Part shown: in pieces, positions 34,465 to 44,149 of the stretch
Position numbering within the stretch: the stretch's first letter is position 1
Layout of the letters: the number at the start of each line of letters is the position of its first letter
From: Bdellovibrionota bacterium
GTDB lineage: Bacteria; Bdellovibrionota_C; UBA2361; OMII01
DNA length: 64,000 nucleotides
Assembly: GCA_044351885.1 (NCBI GenBank)
Contig: JBILEW010000004.1
Location: 10,155 to 74,154 of the forward strand
Reading direction: 5' to 3'
Program-made: the position numbers and the translations under genes
Notes under the pieces: model-generated
What the model was told of the DNA's origin: nothing
What the model saw: the letters and a program-made list of their open reading frames with translations, nothing else
Databases searched by the model: none

Positions 34465-34777
34465 CTTCTATCTCCTTTCACATGAGAGTTGAACCTTAAA
34501 ACAACCGTTGGTCGATTAACTCAGTTTGAAAAGGGGTAGTCAATCGCAATTGGCTCGGCGTTTGCGCAGAATTATCTAGGCGCCAGCTCGGTTTAAATGC
34601 GTTGTAGGAAATGGAGCTATGAAATGAGGTACTTTGCTGGGCCGATTGCGGCGGACTCGGAAACCTCAGAGCAGGATCTGATCGGAACAGTAAATGACAG
34701 ATGCGATCACTGTACGCGTTCGTAGAGTGAAGTCTATTTGGATTGAGACGCTAGCAAATGACGCGGGCCTTTAGAGC

Positions 34778-35188
34778 CTACTCCCGCCGCGACCGCTGCA
34801 TCACATCAGCGATCTTCATCTTCAGCAGCTTAAAGCTGATCGGCTTAACCATGTAATCGGCAGCTCCGAGATCAAGAGCGGTCTCTATGATTGGAGTGTC
34901 GCGGTTGCTGCTCAACATAATGACCGGAATGTCGGCGAGCTTGGGATAATCTTTGAGCGCTATCAAGAGATCGATGCCGTTCATGCCACGCATCGAATGG
35001 TCACAGATCACCAGTTTTGCGCCGGTTTCGAGCAGTTTGTCGAGAGCCTCCTTGCCGTCCGCTGCCACCTCGATGTCGGTGAACCCCATCTCCTGAAACA
35101 TGTCGGTCAGGAGCAATCGGGTTGATGGAAGATCGTCTACGATGAGTACCTGCGGCTCGCGCGAAGTGATCCCGTAACTGTTGTCCAT
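34778..35188 (-). CDS. single-domain CheY-like response regulator (paralogue of 28424-28825)
   Basis: LIVDD, LVICDHSMRGMNG and YMVKP. By eye it is identical to the other CheY-like protein at over half of the positions. Confidence 0.9.
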   Translation of the reverse strand: MDNSYGITSREPQVLIVDDLPSTRLLLTDMFQEMGFTDIEVAADGKEALDKLLETGAKLVICDHSMRGMNGIDLLIALKDYPKLADIPVIMLSSNRDTPIIETALDLGAADYMVKPISFKLLKMKIADVMQRSRRE

Positions 35189-35359
35189 TGCTCCCCCTTA
35201 ATGCGTCGCACGCGTCAATTCGTTCAGTAGGAGCCATCGGTAGATCAGTGAATCAGCTTTAGCTTTCTGGACTCAATAGCTGCCCGCTCGCACAAAAGAG
35301 GCGAGCAGATCGTCGTTTACTCACTTGCAAAAAAGGTTTGATGGAAATAGAAACGGTGT

Positions 35360-36292
35360 GTGTCGCAGTCAAGTGTTTCGCCAAAAATTACAGATCTTCA
35401 AACAATCAGCAAAAGCTGGGAGGAGGCCGGAAAGGTGGTCTCTGGGCTTGGCCCAATCTTTCCGCCAATCGCCGGTTATGTGAGGGTCCTCAATACGCCG
35501 ACCGGACAGGATCCCCGAGTCAACGCAACCAAGCATAGAGTGCTAGCCGAGTGCTTGCGAGCTCCAACTATAAATGAGGGGCTAGTCCAACTCGTCGATA
35601 ATTTCTATCCAAGGAGACTTCCCTCACACCGGAGCATTAGCCCGAGCGACCTCACCCAGTTAGTGGATTATGAGTCGTGTGCCGCACTACTGGCTCTTTT
35701 GTACCTATTTCGAAAAACAAAGGCATCGCTTGTAGATCTCTCGGAATGGCAGATTCTCTCAGAGCTCGTTCACGAGCGGGCCGATGTTGGGTACTATTTA
35801 GGATTGAGCCTTTCGGGCTTCGGTGGGGCCATGGGGCTTCTCGTCGGCGGGATGAGGTTTCTATCTCTCGGCTTCATCGCCTCCCGCAATCCAGATCGAT
35901 ATCGGGACTATGAGGACCATCTGCGCACTCGTCGTCTATCCTTCGACGTGACGCATGAAATCGCGACCTGGGGCTTCAGTCACGCGCAGTTTGCGGCCTT
36001 GTACTTACAGCGTATGGGATACGGGCGTAAGATCCCCCTGTCGATATTAGAAGGGTGGGGCGTGCACGCACCCCAAAACGCGCTCTCCTTGAAGGTTAGA
36101 GCAGTTTCGATTTGGATCGAGTCACTGGTGCGCTACACGAAGCCACCATTACTGCTAAAGGAAGCTCCGTTCGGTATGACCAAGCAGGAGACTGAGCAGC
36201 TGATCGCAAGTGTTAAGACGCTGATGGAATCTCAGGTGGGCATATTCTGGCTTGAGCCCCGAGAGGTTCGAGAGAAACCTCAAAGAGGATAA
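35360..36292 (+). CDS. hypothetical protein, possibly a divergent HDOD-like domain
   Basis: THEIATWGFSHAQFAALYLQRMGYGRKIPLSI resembles the HDOD segment E..fG.dHa.vGa.L...W.lP. The remainder is not diagnostic. Confidence 0.4.
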   Translation: MSQSSVSPKITDLQTISKSWEEAGKVVSGLGPIFPPIAGYVRVLNTPTGQDPRVNATKHRVLAECLRAPTINEGLVQLVDNFYPRRLPSHRSISPSDLTQLVDYESCAALLALLYLFRKTKASLVDLSEWQILSELVHERADVGYYLGLSLSGFGGAMGLLVGGMRFLSLGFIASRNPDRYRDYEDHLRTRRLSFDVTHEIATWGFSHAQFAALYLQRMGYGRKIPLSILEGWGVHAPQNALSLKVRAVSIWIESLVRYTKPPLLLKEAPFGMTKQETEQLIASVKTLMESQVGIFWLEPREVREKPQRG

Positions 36293-36587
36293 GACGAAAG
36301 AAGGCACATATTCCCCCGATAGCGGAACGCCCCTTCAGCGGGCGTCGTTGTGTGGGCGACGCAGCGGTACGTATGTCGGGGCATCAAGAATGTGAGTGGA
36401 TAGGTTTTAGAGCTATTCGACCGTGAATATCTACCTTGCTTGTAAAATCAGCATGTTAGTGTATCTCGCAAGCTCCTTCCATGCCTCCTTTCCGTCAACA
36501 GCGCGCATTTTTTTTTAATGAGCGTCAGATTGTAAAGGGCGGAAATACCCTTCCGATAACTCCCCGTGACACTTTTGAGGAGTTGGC

Positions 36588-37244
36588 ATGGGAAACACCG
36601 TTCGTAGCTGTTTGGCTCTTTCACTCACATCCATCGTGATTGTAGCGACAACTGCATGGGCTGATCGTCCTACCAAGCAGGAATGTCGGGAGGCGTGTAA
36701 TGAGTTTACCGCCGAGTTTGTAGGTAGCTCCGATCAGTCAGTCTCGTTGAATCGAAAGCAACGTGGAGTGGTTGCCAATTCGATTCGACAGGTGGCGAAG
36801 CAGTGTATCCGGTTGTGCGGATTCGGTGTGGTTGATATCGACACTTTGGCTCAATTGGTTGCATCTTTGAGAGAGCCCCAAGGTGGAGGAGAGCAGAACA
36901 GTATAGGATCCCTTCGGCCGCCTTCGTTTCGCCCTACTGCCAAGCCAGTTTCGGCCATTCCACAAGCTACGGCGACACCAATCGCTTCTCCAAGGCCGGT
37001 TACCACTGTGCCGCCAGTGGCCACTATGACGCCCATGCCACAGGTGACGTCAGCGCCGTATCCGACCGTGGCAGGTACGGTAGCGCCTGAGGTAACGTCA
37101 GCGCCGTATCCGACCGTGGCAGGTACGGTAGCGCCTGAGGTAACGTCAGCGCCGTATCCGACCGTGGCGGTTACGGTAGCGCCGGAGTTGACGGTGATTG
37201 CGGAGCCTACTTCTCCCTATGTGTACCCGCCAGGATACGTGTGA
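36588..37244 (+). CDS. secreted Pro/Thr/Val-rich repeat protein
   Basis: Signal peptide, a Cys-containing N-domain, then (APEVTSAPYPTVAGTV)n repeats. Confidence 0.6.
   Translation: MGNTVRSCLALSLTSIVIVATTAWADRPTKQECREACNEFTAEFVGSSDQSVSLNRKQRGVVANSIRQVAKQCIRLCGFGVVDIDTLAQLVASLREPQGGGEQNSIGSLRPPSFRPTAKPVSAIPQATATPIASPRPVTTVPPVATMTPMPQVTSAPYPTVAGTVAPEVTSAPYPTVAGTVAPEVTSAPYPTVAVTVAPELTVIAEPTSPYVYPPGYV
37044..37187 (+). repeat. 3 x 48-bp in-frame tandem repeat inside CDS
   Basis: GT(G/A)ACGTCAGCGCCGTATCCGACCGTGGCAGGTACGGTAGCGCCTGAG is repeated at 37044, 37092 and 37140 with few substitutions. Confidence 0.9.
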
Positions 37245-37256
37245 AGGGGAGACAGC

Positions 37257-40121
37257 TTACCGCGACTGTTGTGTTAGCCTGGAAAGGCGGACGTTAAAGG
37301 CATCCTGGAGCGGCTTCAAGTAGGTGGGGACCACTCGCGAGATGTCCTGCGACCAGGCTGGGTTGCGAGCACAGAGCTCCTCAAGAAGGCTGATAGCGTC
37401 ATCATAACGTCCCAGGTTAGTCAAAACCATGGCCGCGTGGATTGGCGCTTGATGCTTGAGATCCGCCGCAAGCAGACTCTCGGCATCTTGCTGATTCACG
37501 GGCTGACCAGCGTGAATGTCACCAAGAACACGGATCAACGTCGCGTCGTGCCTGTACGAAGGATCGTCCCTAAAAGACTCTCCTGTGTTCCTGATCTGGG
37601 GAGAGCTGACTCCTTGGAGCAAATTCAGCATGGCCTGCGCAATTTCGAATTCCGGAGTGCCTGCGAGGATCCGATTACCCGAAAGGACAGCGTTAGCTCT
37701 GGTAAGTGTCGCGAGGAGTTCCGGTCGTGAGGCGACGGGGACGGCTTGAGAGGCGTGCGCTACATCACGCACGAGAGAAAATACCTGGAATGCCAAATCG
37801 GAGTGCCCTACTCCCCCCATACGCGATTGCCCATATGCTGTAATAAGCGAGCTGAGAGCGGTGTGAAGATGCTTGTACCGAAGGGTCGAATCGTTGTTGT
37901 GAGAGGCGCGCAAATTGAGATGAGCGTTGATTATGTTCTCTAAAAGTCCTTCGGGATTAACCTCAAGTGCTCTCCTGGCCGCTACCATCGGTATTTGAAT
38001 CTCGGTCTGCTGTACGTCAGCAGGGCGCCCCTGCCACGCGCGGAAGGCTACGAGGAGGGCTGTTGAGGCGTCACTACTGAAATACCTATTCCCGAAAACC
38101 GGAGGCTCGGTCTCAGGGTCGATTGTACGTTCGATCATGAACTGGACGTTGGTTACCATGTTCGGGACAGCACGCCTTTCGGGATCGCCGTCGATTTCAA
38201 CCCCGCACGCAGCGCATGCCCGGGCAATCATACGACACTCAGCGGCGAGTTGCTGCCTAACTTCAATCGGCAAAGTCGTATCCCACGGAAGCCTTCCCCC
38301 GAGGTCAGTCAACATGACACACAAGCTGTCTACAGCGATCGCCCCGGCTATCTTCTCCCGGTATTCTTGAGAGAAGTGAGCAGATGACATCATCTTCTCG
38401 AATTCGTCGATCCCGTCGTCTGTGAGTCCCTTTGGGAGTAGGCACTCTCGCGCCTTGAGCAGAAGCTCAGAGTCAAATTCAGCGAGCGCTCCAGGTGCCT
38501 TCCCCGAGATCGCGGCGGCATATCCCGCGGTCTCGAGATTTCGCATCTTCACGAGCATCGAACGGGCTTGGTGCTCTCGCTCGAGGGTGCCGAGTAATGT
38601 TTTCAATGTGTCGTTTTCGTGAATGTGGGTCTTAAGATCCTGTAACAGTTCGGGCCGCACAAGATTAACGGCCGCGTCGATATTTCCATTTTTTTCCGCT
38701 AGCTGAGCATCCTTCAACAGGCGCGCCGCGAGGTCCCGATCTCTTGCTATATCAGCTGCTAGAATCTCGCGGCGATTTTGTTTCTCGACAGCCGCTAGCC
38801 GCTCTTCCGCCGCACGGTTTTGTCGGTCTATCACGACCCATCCGGCACCTATCAGACCGGCACCCGCAGCGGCTATTCCGGCAGCTATCCTTGGGTTGAC
38901 CCTCACCCAGGTGAAACTGGCTACGGCCCCGACCTTGAAACGGTAGGCCCATTTTTGTGGAGTGGATAAGCTACTCGAAAAGGCCTGTACCTCCCGACCG
39001 TCAAGGAACGCTTCAAGATCTTCCTTAAATTCACGGGCATCTTTGTATCGTTCAAGAGGATCCCGCTGCAGCGCTTTGTGAATGATCGCAACCAATTCGG
39101 GTGGAAGGGCCGGATTGATAGAAAGAGGATCGCCATAGAGTGAAATAGGGTCGGCAGCATCCTTAATTTGACGCAAGATCTCTCCGGCCAAGGTACCATG
39201 GCACCTTTCGAAAGGTGCCTCGTTCAACACCAGATGACGCAGAATGAGACCCAGCTGATAAACATCTGTCCGTACCGTTACAGGACCACCTCCGGGTAGT
39301 TGGTCCGGCGAAGCGTAGCGTACTGTACCCCTGAAACCAGTTCCTTTTCCTTCGCTTTCCTGAGTGCCCTCTTGCGCGCTGAGACAGGGGTCGTTTAAGG
39401 AGCCTCCGCTACTTAAACCGAAATCGGTAACGAATACCTCTTTGTCTGTCGAGATCAAAATATTCGCTGGCTTCAAGTCGTGATGGATGATCGAGCGATC
39501 GTGTAGGTACGCTACGGCGTCGAGGGTTTCGAGAAAAAAGCGCATAAGCTGTTTGTCTCGGCCTCTCCATTGAACTTTGGTCACATCGTCTACTGCGGAG
39601 TCGAAGTATCTCTCGATCGCGGTCTCGAGAGTGGATGCATCCTTGACGAGGTCCATGACGAAATACGGGCGACCAGCTTCAGAAACACCGAAGCGATATA
39701 CTTTGACTAGGTTTTTGTGATTGAGAGCAGCGATGGCTTGCGCCTCTCCCTTGAAGCGAGCCGCTGCTGAGGGCGTAGGCGGTTCTTTCAGAACCTTGAT
39801 GGCTTGCTCTCTATTTAGAGTAATGTCCTTTGCAGAAACAACGAGCCCCATGCCTCCGTGTCCTATGAAGGTGATCGAGCTAGCTGAGAAAACCTCTTGA
39901 ATAGCTGCAGTCTGCCGGAGATCGTCTAGTATATCTGCGCTGGTTGCCCCCCTCGAAGGTAGCGGCAGAGGCCGTCGCAGCTGCGTGTTCGGCAAAGACA
40001 TATCGAAGTCCTGCACTTCTAGGTCTTCGGGCCGGACCCCTTCCATTGAAAGATCTGTGCGGGTTGCCTCATGGCTCGATCGATCACCATTTACTGATGA
40101 GGAACTGTCGGGGCTTGGCAT
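37257..40121 (-). CDS. Hanks-type Ser/Thr protein kinase with TM segment and large helical C-terminal domain
   Basis: GHGGMGLV (G-loop), AIKVLK, HHDLKPANILI and DFGLS. TM segment IAAGIAAAGAGLIGAGWVVI. About 500 aa of helical repeats follow. Confidence 0.9.
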   Translation of the reverse strand: MPSPDSSSSVNGDRSSHEATRTDLSMEGVRPEDLEVQDFDMSLPNTQLRRPLPLPSRGATSADILDDLRQTAAIQEVFSASSITFIGHGGMGLVVSAKDITLNREQAIKVLKEPPTPSAAARFKGEAQAIAALNHKNLVKVYRFGVSEAGRPYFVMDLVKDASTLETAIERYFDSAVDDVTKVQWRGRDKQLMRFFLETLDAVAYLHDRSIIHHDLKPANILISTDKEVFVTDFGLSSGGSLNDPCLSAQEGTQESEGKGTGFRGTVRYASPDQLPGGGPVTVRTDVYQLGLILRHLVLNEAPFERCHGTLAGEILRQIKDAADPISLYGDPLSINPALPPELVAIIHKALQRDPLERYKDAREFKEDLEAFLDGREVQAFSSSLSTPQKWAYRFKVGAVASFTWVRVNPRIAAGIAAAGAGLIGAGWVVIDRQNRAAEERLAAVEKQNRREILAADIARDRDLAARLLKDAQLAEKNGNIDAAVNLVRPELLQDLKTHIHENDTLKTLLGTLEREHQARSMLVKMRNLETAGYAAAISGKAPGALAEFDSELLLKARECLLPKGLTDDGIDEFEKMMSSAHFSQEYREKIAGAIAVDSLCVMLTDLGGRLPWDTTLPIEVRQQLAAECRMIARACAACGVEIDGDPERRAVPNMVTNVQFMIERTIDPETEPPVFGNRYFSSDASTALLVAFRAWQGRPADVQQTEIQIPMVAARRALEVNPEGLLENIINAHLNLRASHNNDSTLRYKHLHTALSSLITAYGQSRMGGVGHSDLAFQVFSLVRDVAHASQAVPVASRPELLATLTRANAVLSGNRILAGTPEFEIAQAMLNLLQGVSSPQIRNTGESFRDDPSYRHDATLIRVLGDIHAGQPVNQQDAESLLAADLKHQAPIHAAMVLTNLGRYDDAISLLEELCARNPAWSQDISRVVPTYLKPLQDAFNVRLSRLTQQSR

Positions 40122-40439
40122 GACGGAACGCGCTAGTTTTTTTGTTTTACTCAGATGTAGATATCACATTTGACGAAGCAAAGGAAAAAATGAGCGAAGC
40201 TAGGTATTGTCGCTGCAGAGCTAAAAATCGTATTGAATTTGGGTGGTTGGCGCTCGCGGCGTAATTTCTGAATCGTTGTCCTGCACAGCATTTACGAAAC
40301 CACAGCCGTCGGTACTAGGTAGTTTGGGTTTGGTATAGCGATATGCAGAGGTTGAAAAATCCGTGTTTGAAATGAGAGGGGTAAAGCAGGTAGCATCATT
40401 GCGCAGTAAGGTAAATTTCCGAGTTTATGTGGCGTTCTT

Positions 40440-43304
40440 ATGAATCAAGGCGGACCCGCGCAAAAGCAGTCTCCAGATCTGGATAAAACGATCCTCATGC
40501 CGCGTGATTCCGTGGATTTTGAGCCGGAGTTGGGATACTTCCGTTCGATGGGTACTGCTGACGGCGCGGTCCGTGTCATAAGGTGGGAGGATGTGACCAC
40601 TCGCCTCGCGATGTTGAGGCAGATCCTACCGAACGTCAGCTGCCTTTTTGATTTATCATCGGAGGCCGACCCCTTAGTAGTGGAGAGGTTGAGGGATCAA
40701 GGAGTTTCTTTCTCTGCGGCGGGAGCTGCCTATCTCGAAAGGATGCGTATTCTTGATGTTCCTTCATCACGGATCTCACTCACTGCTGCCGCCCCCTCGG
40801 GGGACGCGATGCACGCTGCTAAAGATGCTAAAGTACGAACTGTAAGTGTCGGAAGTCTCAGTGCCTTGCAGAGTCTGATTAAGGACGGGGCGGGGGGCTC
40901 TCAGGGGTGGCAACCTACGCTGCAAATCGTAGTGAAAATAACGGATGGACAGTCGCTGGTAAATCCTCGGAAGCTCGACGTAATACTGGATGAGGCTAAG
41001 CGAGCGGGTTTTTCATCTTTCGGATTATCGGTAGTCGCCGAAAAGGATTTGACGACTCCGGAAGAACGAAAGCGATTAATCGATGCCGTGAGTAGGGCAG
41101 CAAGTTCGTGTGCCCAACACCACGTCACAGTCGATTGCATTCAGATACTCGGAGGTCTCGCTGATCATCGCTCCCTCAGGCGGATGAATGTGGAGCTGCC
41201 CTCGTATCTTGAGGACCTGTCGCAGACGATAATCCGAGTCCAGGCCGCGATTCAGCAGGAGAATCCTAAGTCGCAGCCCCGAATCGAGGTCGAGGCAGGG
41301 CAGCTGCTTTTAGGCCATTTCCCGACGTGTGGAGTTATTACCAATGTCAAGAAGCAGCGCGGTGATGGCGTTCTCGAAGTATTCACATGCCTCTCAGTGT
41401 ACGGAGACCTCGCCGGGCATCTGTTCCATAAGGAACCCGTCTCAATCGAGGTTCTTTCCGATCCCGCCGGGAGCACGTCCCTGTCCAGTAGGCTCGTAGA
41501 TGCGGTTATTCATGGTGGTACGTGTGACTCTATCGACAGTCTGTATGATAGAAACGGCCGCCTCGTGCAGTTTGCGGTTCCGGAAAACTTGAGAGGTGGA
41601 TGTCTCCTTGTTGTGTATGGAAAGCGCTTGCATCATGGAGCCACTGACTTTAACCAGATCCCCCCTGCTCGAGTAGTCATTCATGACCGCTACGATGATA
41701 GGGAGCCGTACAAGTGCTCAGCACTGTCGGATTTTCAGGGTCCGCAATTTGAAGCGGCCAGGGAGTTTTGGGCAAGTGAAACGGCGCTGCGCCTGAAGAC
41801 TACTTTTCGGGAAACGAGGAGGAGGATAGACAACCGCCAGCCGGTCAACGGTAGACAGTTAGGCCAGTTGGTGACCGACACGAAGCTCCGACAGGAACGA
41901 TATCAGATGGTGGCGGGAGCTTTTCTCGAACGGTTCCCCTCGGCACAAGGCACGGTGACTCTCTTGGATCTTGAGACGTATGCGGTAGCCTTGCGCAACA
42001 CCGAGCGGTATGTGTGTGAAGTGACAGTCGATGGATACTCAGGAGTCGATGAAGTCTTTTGGCCCACCAAGACCTTCAGTGACCCGATAGGTCTTCTGTG
42101 CCAGGCAGCTACCGGTCGCGGAGTTGATGCAGCTTCGGCTGGCGAGATCTGGATGGCTATGCGGGCGGGCTTCAATCCGAAGAAGATGATAGTGTCGCAT
42201 CCGCACAAGACACCAGAGACGCTTCGAATGATCTGCGATCCTCGGTACGCTCCGTGGGCTGTTACAATCGACTCGGAGCAGGAGCTCGACCGACTGGTTG
42301 AGGCCGGACTTTCGAGGAACACGGTACTCTTCATTCGATACAAGGCGACTGGAGCGAACGTCGTAGCGAACCTGAGTGCGAAGTTTGGAATGCCTGTCGA
42401 GTCGGAGAGGGATAAGCAAAAGATCCTGCACCTTCTCGAGCTCGCCCACGACCGAGGGTTCAAAGAGTTCGGTTGGGCCTTCCATGTTGGTACACAAAGC
42501 CACGATAAGAATGATTACAGGAATGCTCTTAAAACGGCGCTCCAGTTGACCAAAATGGCTCTTGCGCTCCCTCGTCCGATAAAAGTGACGAATTTTAATA
42601 TCGGGGGAGGTGTATGTGACGAACGTGTGGCGCTCAAGAACTCGATCCCAGGTGAGGTCCCCCTGACGGCCAAGCGCGTCCTGGCGGGAGTTGGTGCGCA
42701 GGTTGCCGCCTGTCGTAAAACTGCGGAGCGGCTAGTAGGTGCGCCTGTTCGGTTTATAGCCGAACCAGGCCGAGTCACGTGCGCTTTGGCGGGCTTCATG
42801 ATGTCGCAGGTTGTGGCGGGTCGAGAGGCAGACTTCACCGGAGCGCGGATCTGTTTAGCGACATCCCATCAGCAAATCTTGTCGGGTAATGTACATGATG
42901 AGTCTTATTATGATCTTCTCTCTGTCAGGCAAGCTGGAGGAGGAGATGTCGTGCGTTATCAAGTATGCGGAAGCTCGAATCGTCCCGATGATATCTTTCC
43001 GTCGATAGCGCCAGACGGCATGCATCTGCTCCCAGCAGATCTACGTGCTGGTGATTGGCTCATGGCCCCCGAAGCGGGGATTGCCTATGGCTGGAATGCT
43101 TCAGGCTCTATCGATGGGATCGATCCTGGAAGGTTCTTTGCTTTCTACTTTGATGATAACGGGTGTATCCAGTTCATCGAATCGCCGTGGTCGCGGCGCG
43201 AGCATGTGAAAAACCAGGATCTCAAGGAGTTCATTGCACGTCATGGGTCGGCAAGCGCCCCTGTTTCCCAGCGTAGGATATTCCCGATCGATCAAGCTAC
43301 GTAG
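40440..43304 (+). CDS. tandem fusion of two Orn/DAP/Arg-decarboxylase-fold (fold-type III PLP) modules
   Basis: C-terminal half: PTKTFSDP (PLP Lys), VDAASAGEI, FHVGTQS, FNIGGGV and AEPGR. N-terminal half: the same layout with degenerate motifs (SSEADP, LSVVAEKD, VEAGQ), but it retains HGGTCDSID. Confidence 0.75.
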   Translation: MNQGGPAQKQSPDLDKTILMPRDSVDFEPELGYFRSMGTADGAVRVIRWEDVTTRLAMLRQILPNVSCLFDLSSEADPLVVERLRDQGVSFSAAGAAYLERMRILDVPSSRISLTAAAPSGDAMHAAKDAKVRTVSVGSLSALQSLIKDGAGGSQGWQPTLQIVVKITDGQSLVNPRKLDVILDEAKRAGFSSFGLSVVAEKDLTTPEERKRLIDAVSRAASSCAQHHVTVDCIQILGGLADHRSLRRMNVELPSYLEDLSQTIIRVQAAIQQENPKSQPRIEVEAGQLLLGHFPTCGVITNVKKQRGDGVLEVFTCLSVYGDLAGHLFHKEPVSIEVLSDPAGSTSLSSRLVDAVIHGGTCDSIDSLYDRNGRLVQFAVPENLRGGCLLVVYGKRLHHGATDFNQIPPARVVIHDRYDDREPYKCSALSDFQGPQFEAAREFWASETALRLKTTFRETRRRIDNRQPVNGRQLGQLVTDTKLRQERYQMVAGAFLERFPSAQGTVTLLDLETYAVALRNTERYVCEVTVDGYSGVDEVFWPTKTFSDPIGLLCQAATGRGVDAASAGEIWMAMRAGFNPKKMIVSHPHKTPETLRMICDPRYAPWAVTIDSEQELDRLVEAGLSRNTVLFIRYKATGANVVANLSAKFGMPVESERDKQKILHLLELAHDRGFKEFGWAFHVGTQSHDKNDYRNALKTALQLTKMALALPRPIKVTNFNIGGGVCDERVALKNSIPGEVPLTAKRVLAGVGAQVAACRKTAERLVGAPVRFIAEPGRVTCALAGFMMSQVVAGREADFTGARICLATSHQQILSGNVHDESYYDLLSVRQAGGGDVVRYQVCGSSNRPDDIFPSIAPDGMHLLPADLRAGDWLMAPEAGIAYGWNASGSIDGIDPGRFFAFYFDDNGCIQFIESPWSRREHVKNQDLKEFIARHGSASAPVSQRRIFPIDQAT

Positions 43305-43423
43305 TCGAGGGATTTCGAAGAGCTTTCTCGCCTTCAGCAGACTGGAAAGTATCTCGCTACAACACGTTTTTGCGATTAAGCTCACGTTCATGGCAACCGA
43401 CAAGAAGTTAAAGGGATTTCGCT

Positions 43424-44017
43424 ATGACAGATGATGAGAACACAAACAACCGTGCCGTCAAGAGTGAGACGCCAGAAGGTGTCATGATGAGACGTGCCTT
43501 TGATGCGGCGCAAGCTCCGACTATGGATGGTCCTCGCGTGCTGGCACAGTTAGTGAGTAAGGCGTGGGAACGGCTCGAGCATAAAATAGCATTCGATCCG
43601 GGCAGGCAAAAGCGAACTCCTGGGTCTGCAAGTGAGGAGATGCTCGATCTGACGGACCTCTATCACCGGATGGGTGACTCCACTACTCGAGTTGGCTTGA
43701 TACTAAACGCATTCTCAGCGTGCTTTCATGAGCAATATATCCAACTGATGGACTCTGAGGAGATCGGAGATTCGAAGTCTATCGAAGCAGCAGCTCACGC
43801 CGTGAAAGGGCTCCTGCTCGAGGTGGGGGCGAGGCAGCCCGCCATCCTCGCTGCGAATATCGAGCAGATGTGCCAGGCCGGTCAAGCTGCGGAAGCTCTA
43901 AAGCTGATACCGATTCTCGGCGATCAGGTCATCCTGACTGCGCGCTTGGTGAAGCACACCGTTGCAGCGCTGCATGTTGAGGAAGAGCCGCTTCAGATTG
44001 TGCAAGGGCCTGCCTAG
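43424..44017 (+). CDS. stand-alone HPt phosphotransfer protein
   Basis: AAAHAVKGLLLEVGA is an HPt His motif, similar to the HPt at the C-terminus of the hybrid kinase. Confidence 0.75.
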   Translation: MTDDENTNNRAVKSETPEGVMMRRAFDAAQAPTMDGPRVLAQLVSKAWERLEHKIAFDPGRQKRTPGSASEEMLDLTDLYHRMGDSTTRVGLILNAFSACFHEQYIQLMDSEEIGDSKSIEAAAHAVKGLLLEVGARQPAILAANIEQMCQAGQAAEALKLIPILGDQVILTARLVKHTVAALHVEEEPLQIVQGPA

Positions 44018-44149
44018 CCCCTACCTCTCGGTGAGCTCCTTAAGGAAGCGCGGCAATCCGCCCCTGCTACGAAAGCGGATCTTGGGTCGTTCTTCAATTT
44101 TCACCCCAACCTCCACTTTCTCGCTACGGGTAGGTTTTACCTCGCTTCC

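Noticed and set aside
34465-34600. Looked for a guanidine (ykkC / mini-ykkC) riboswitch upstream of the SMR-like gene.
   Set aside because: There are no paired hairpins with ACGR loops and no ykkC-like conserved segments on the minus strand. Only an AGGAG RBS is evident.
36327-36346. Hairpin ACGCCC-N7-GGGCGT after the stop of 35360-36292, considered as an intrinsic terminator.
   Set aside because: The stem is only 6 bp and the downstream T tract is poor (CGTTGTGTGG), so it is too weak to annotate.
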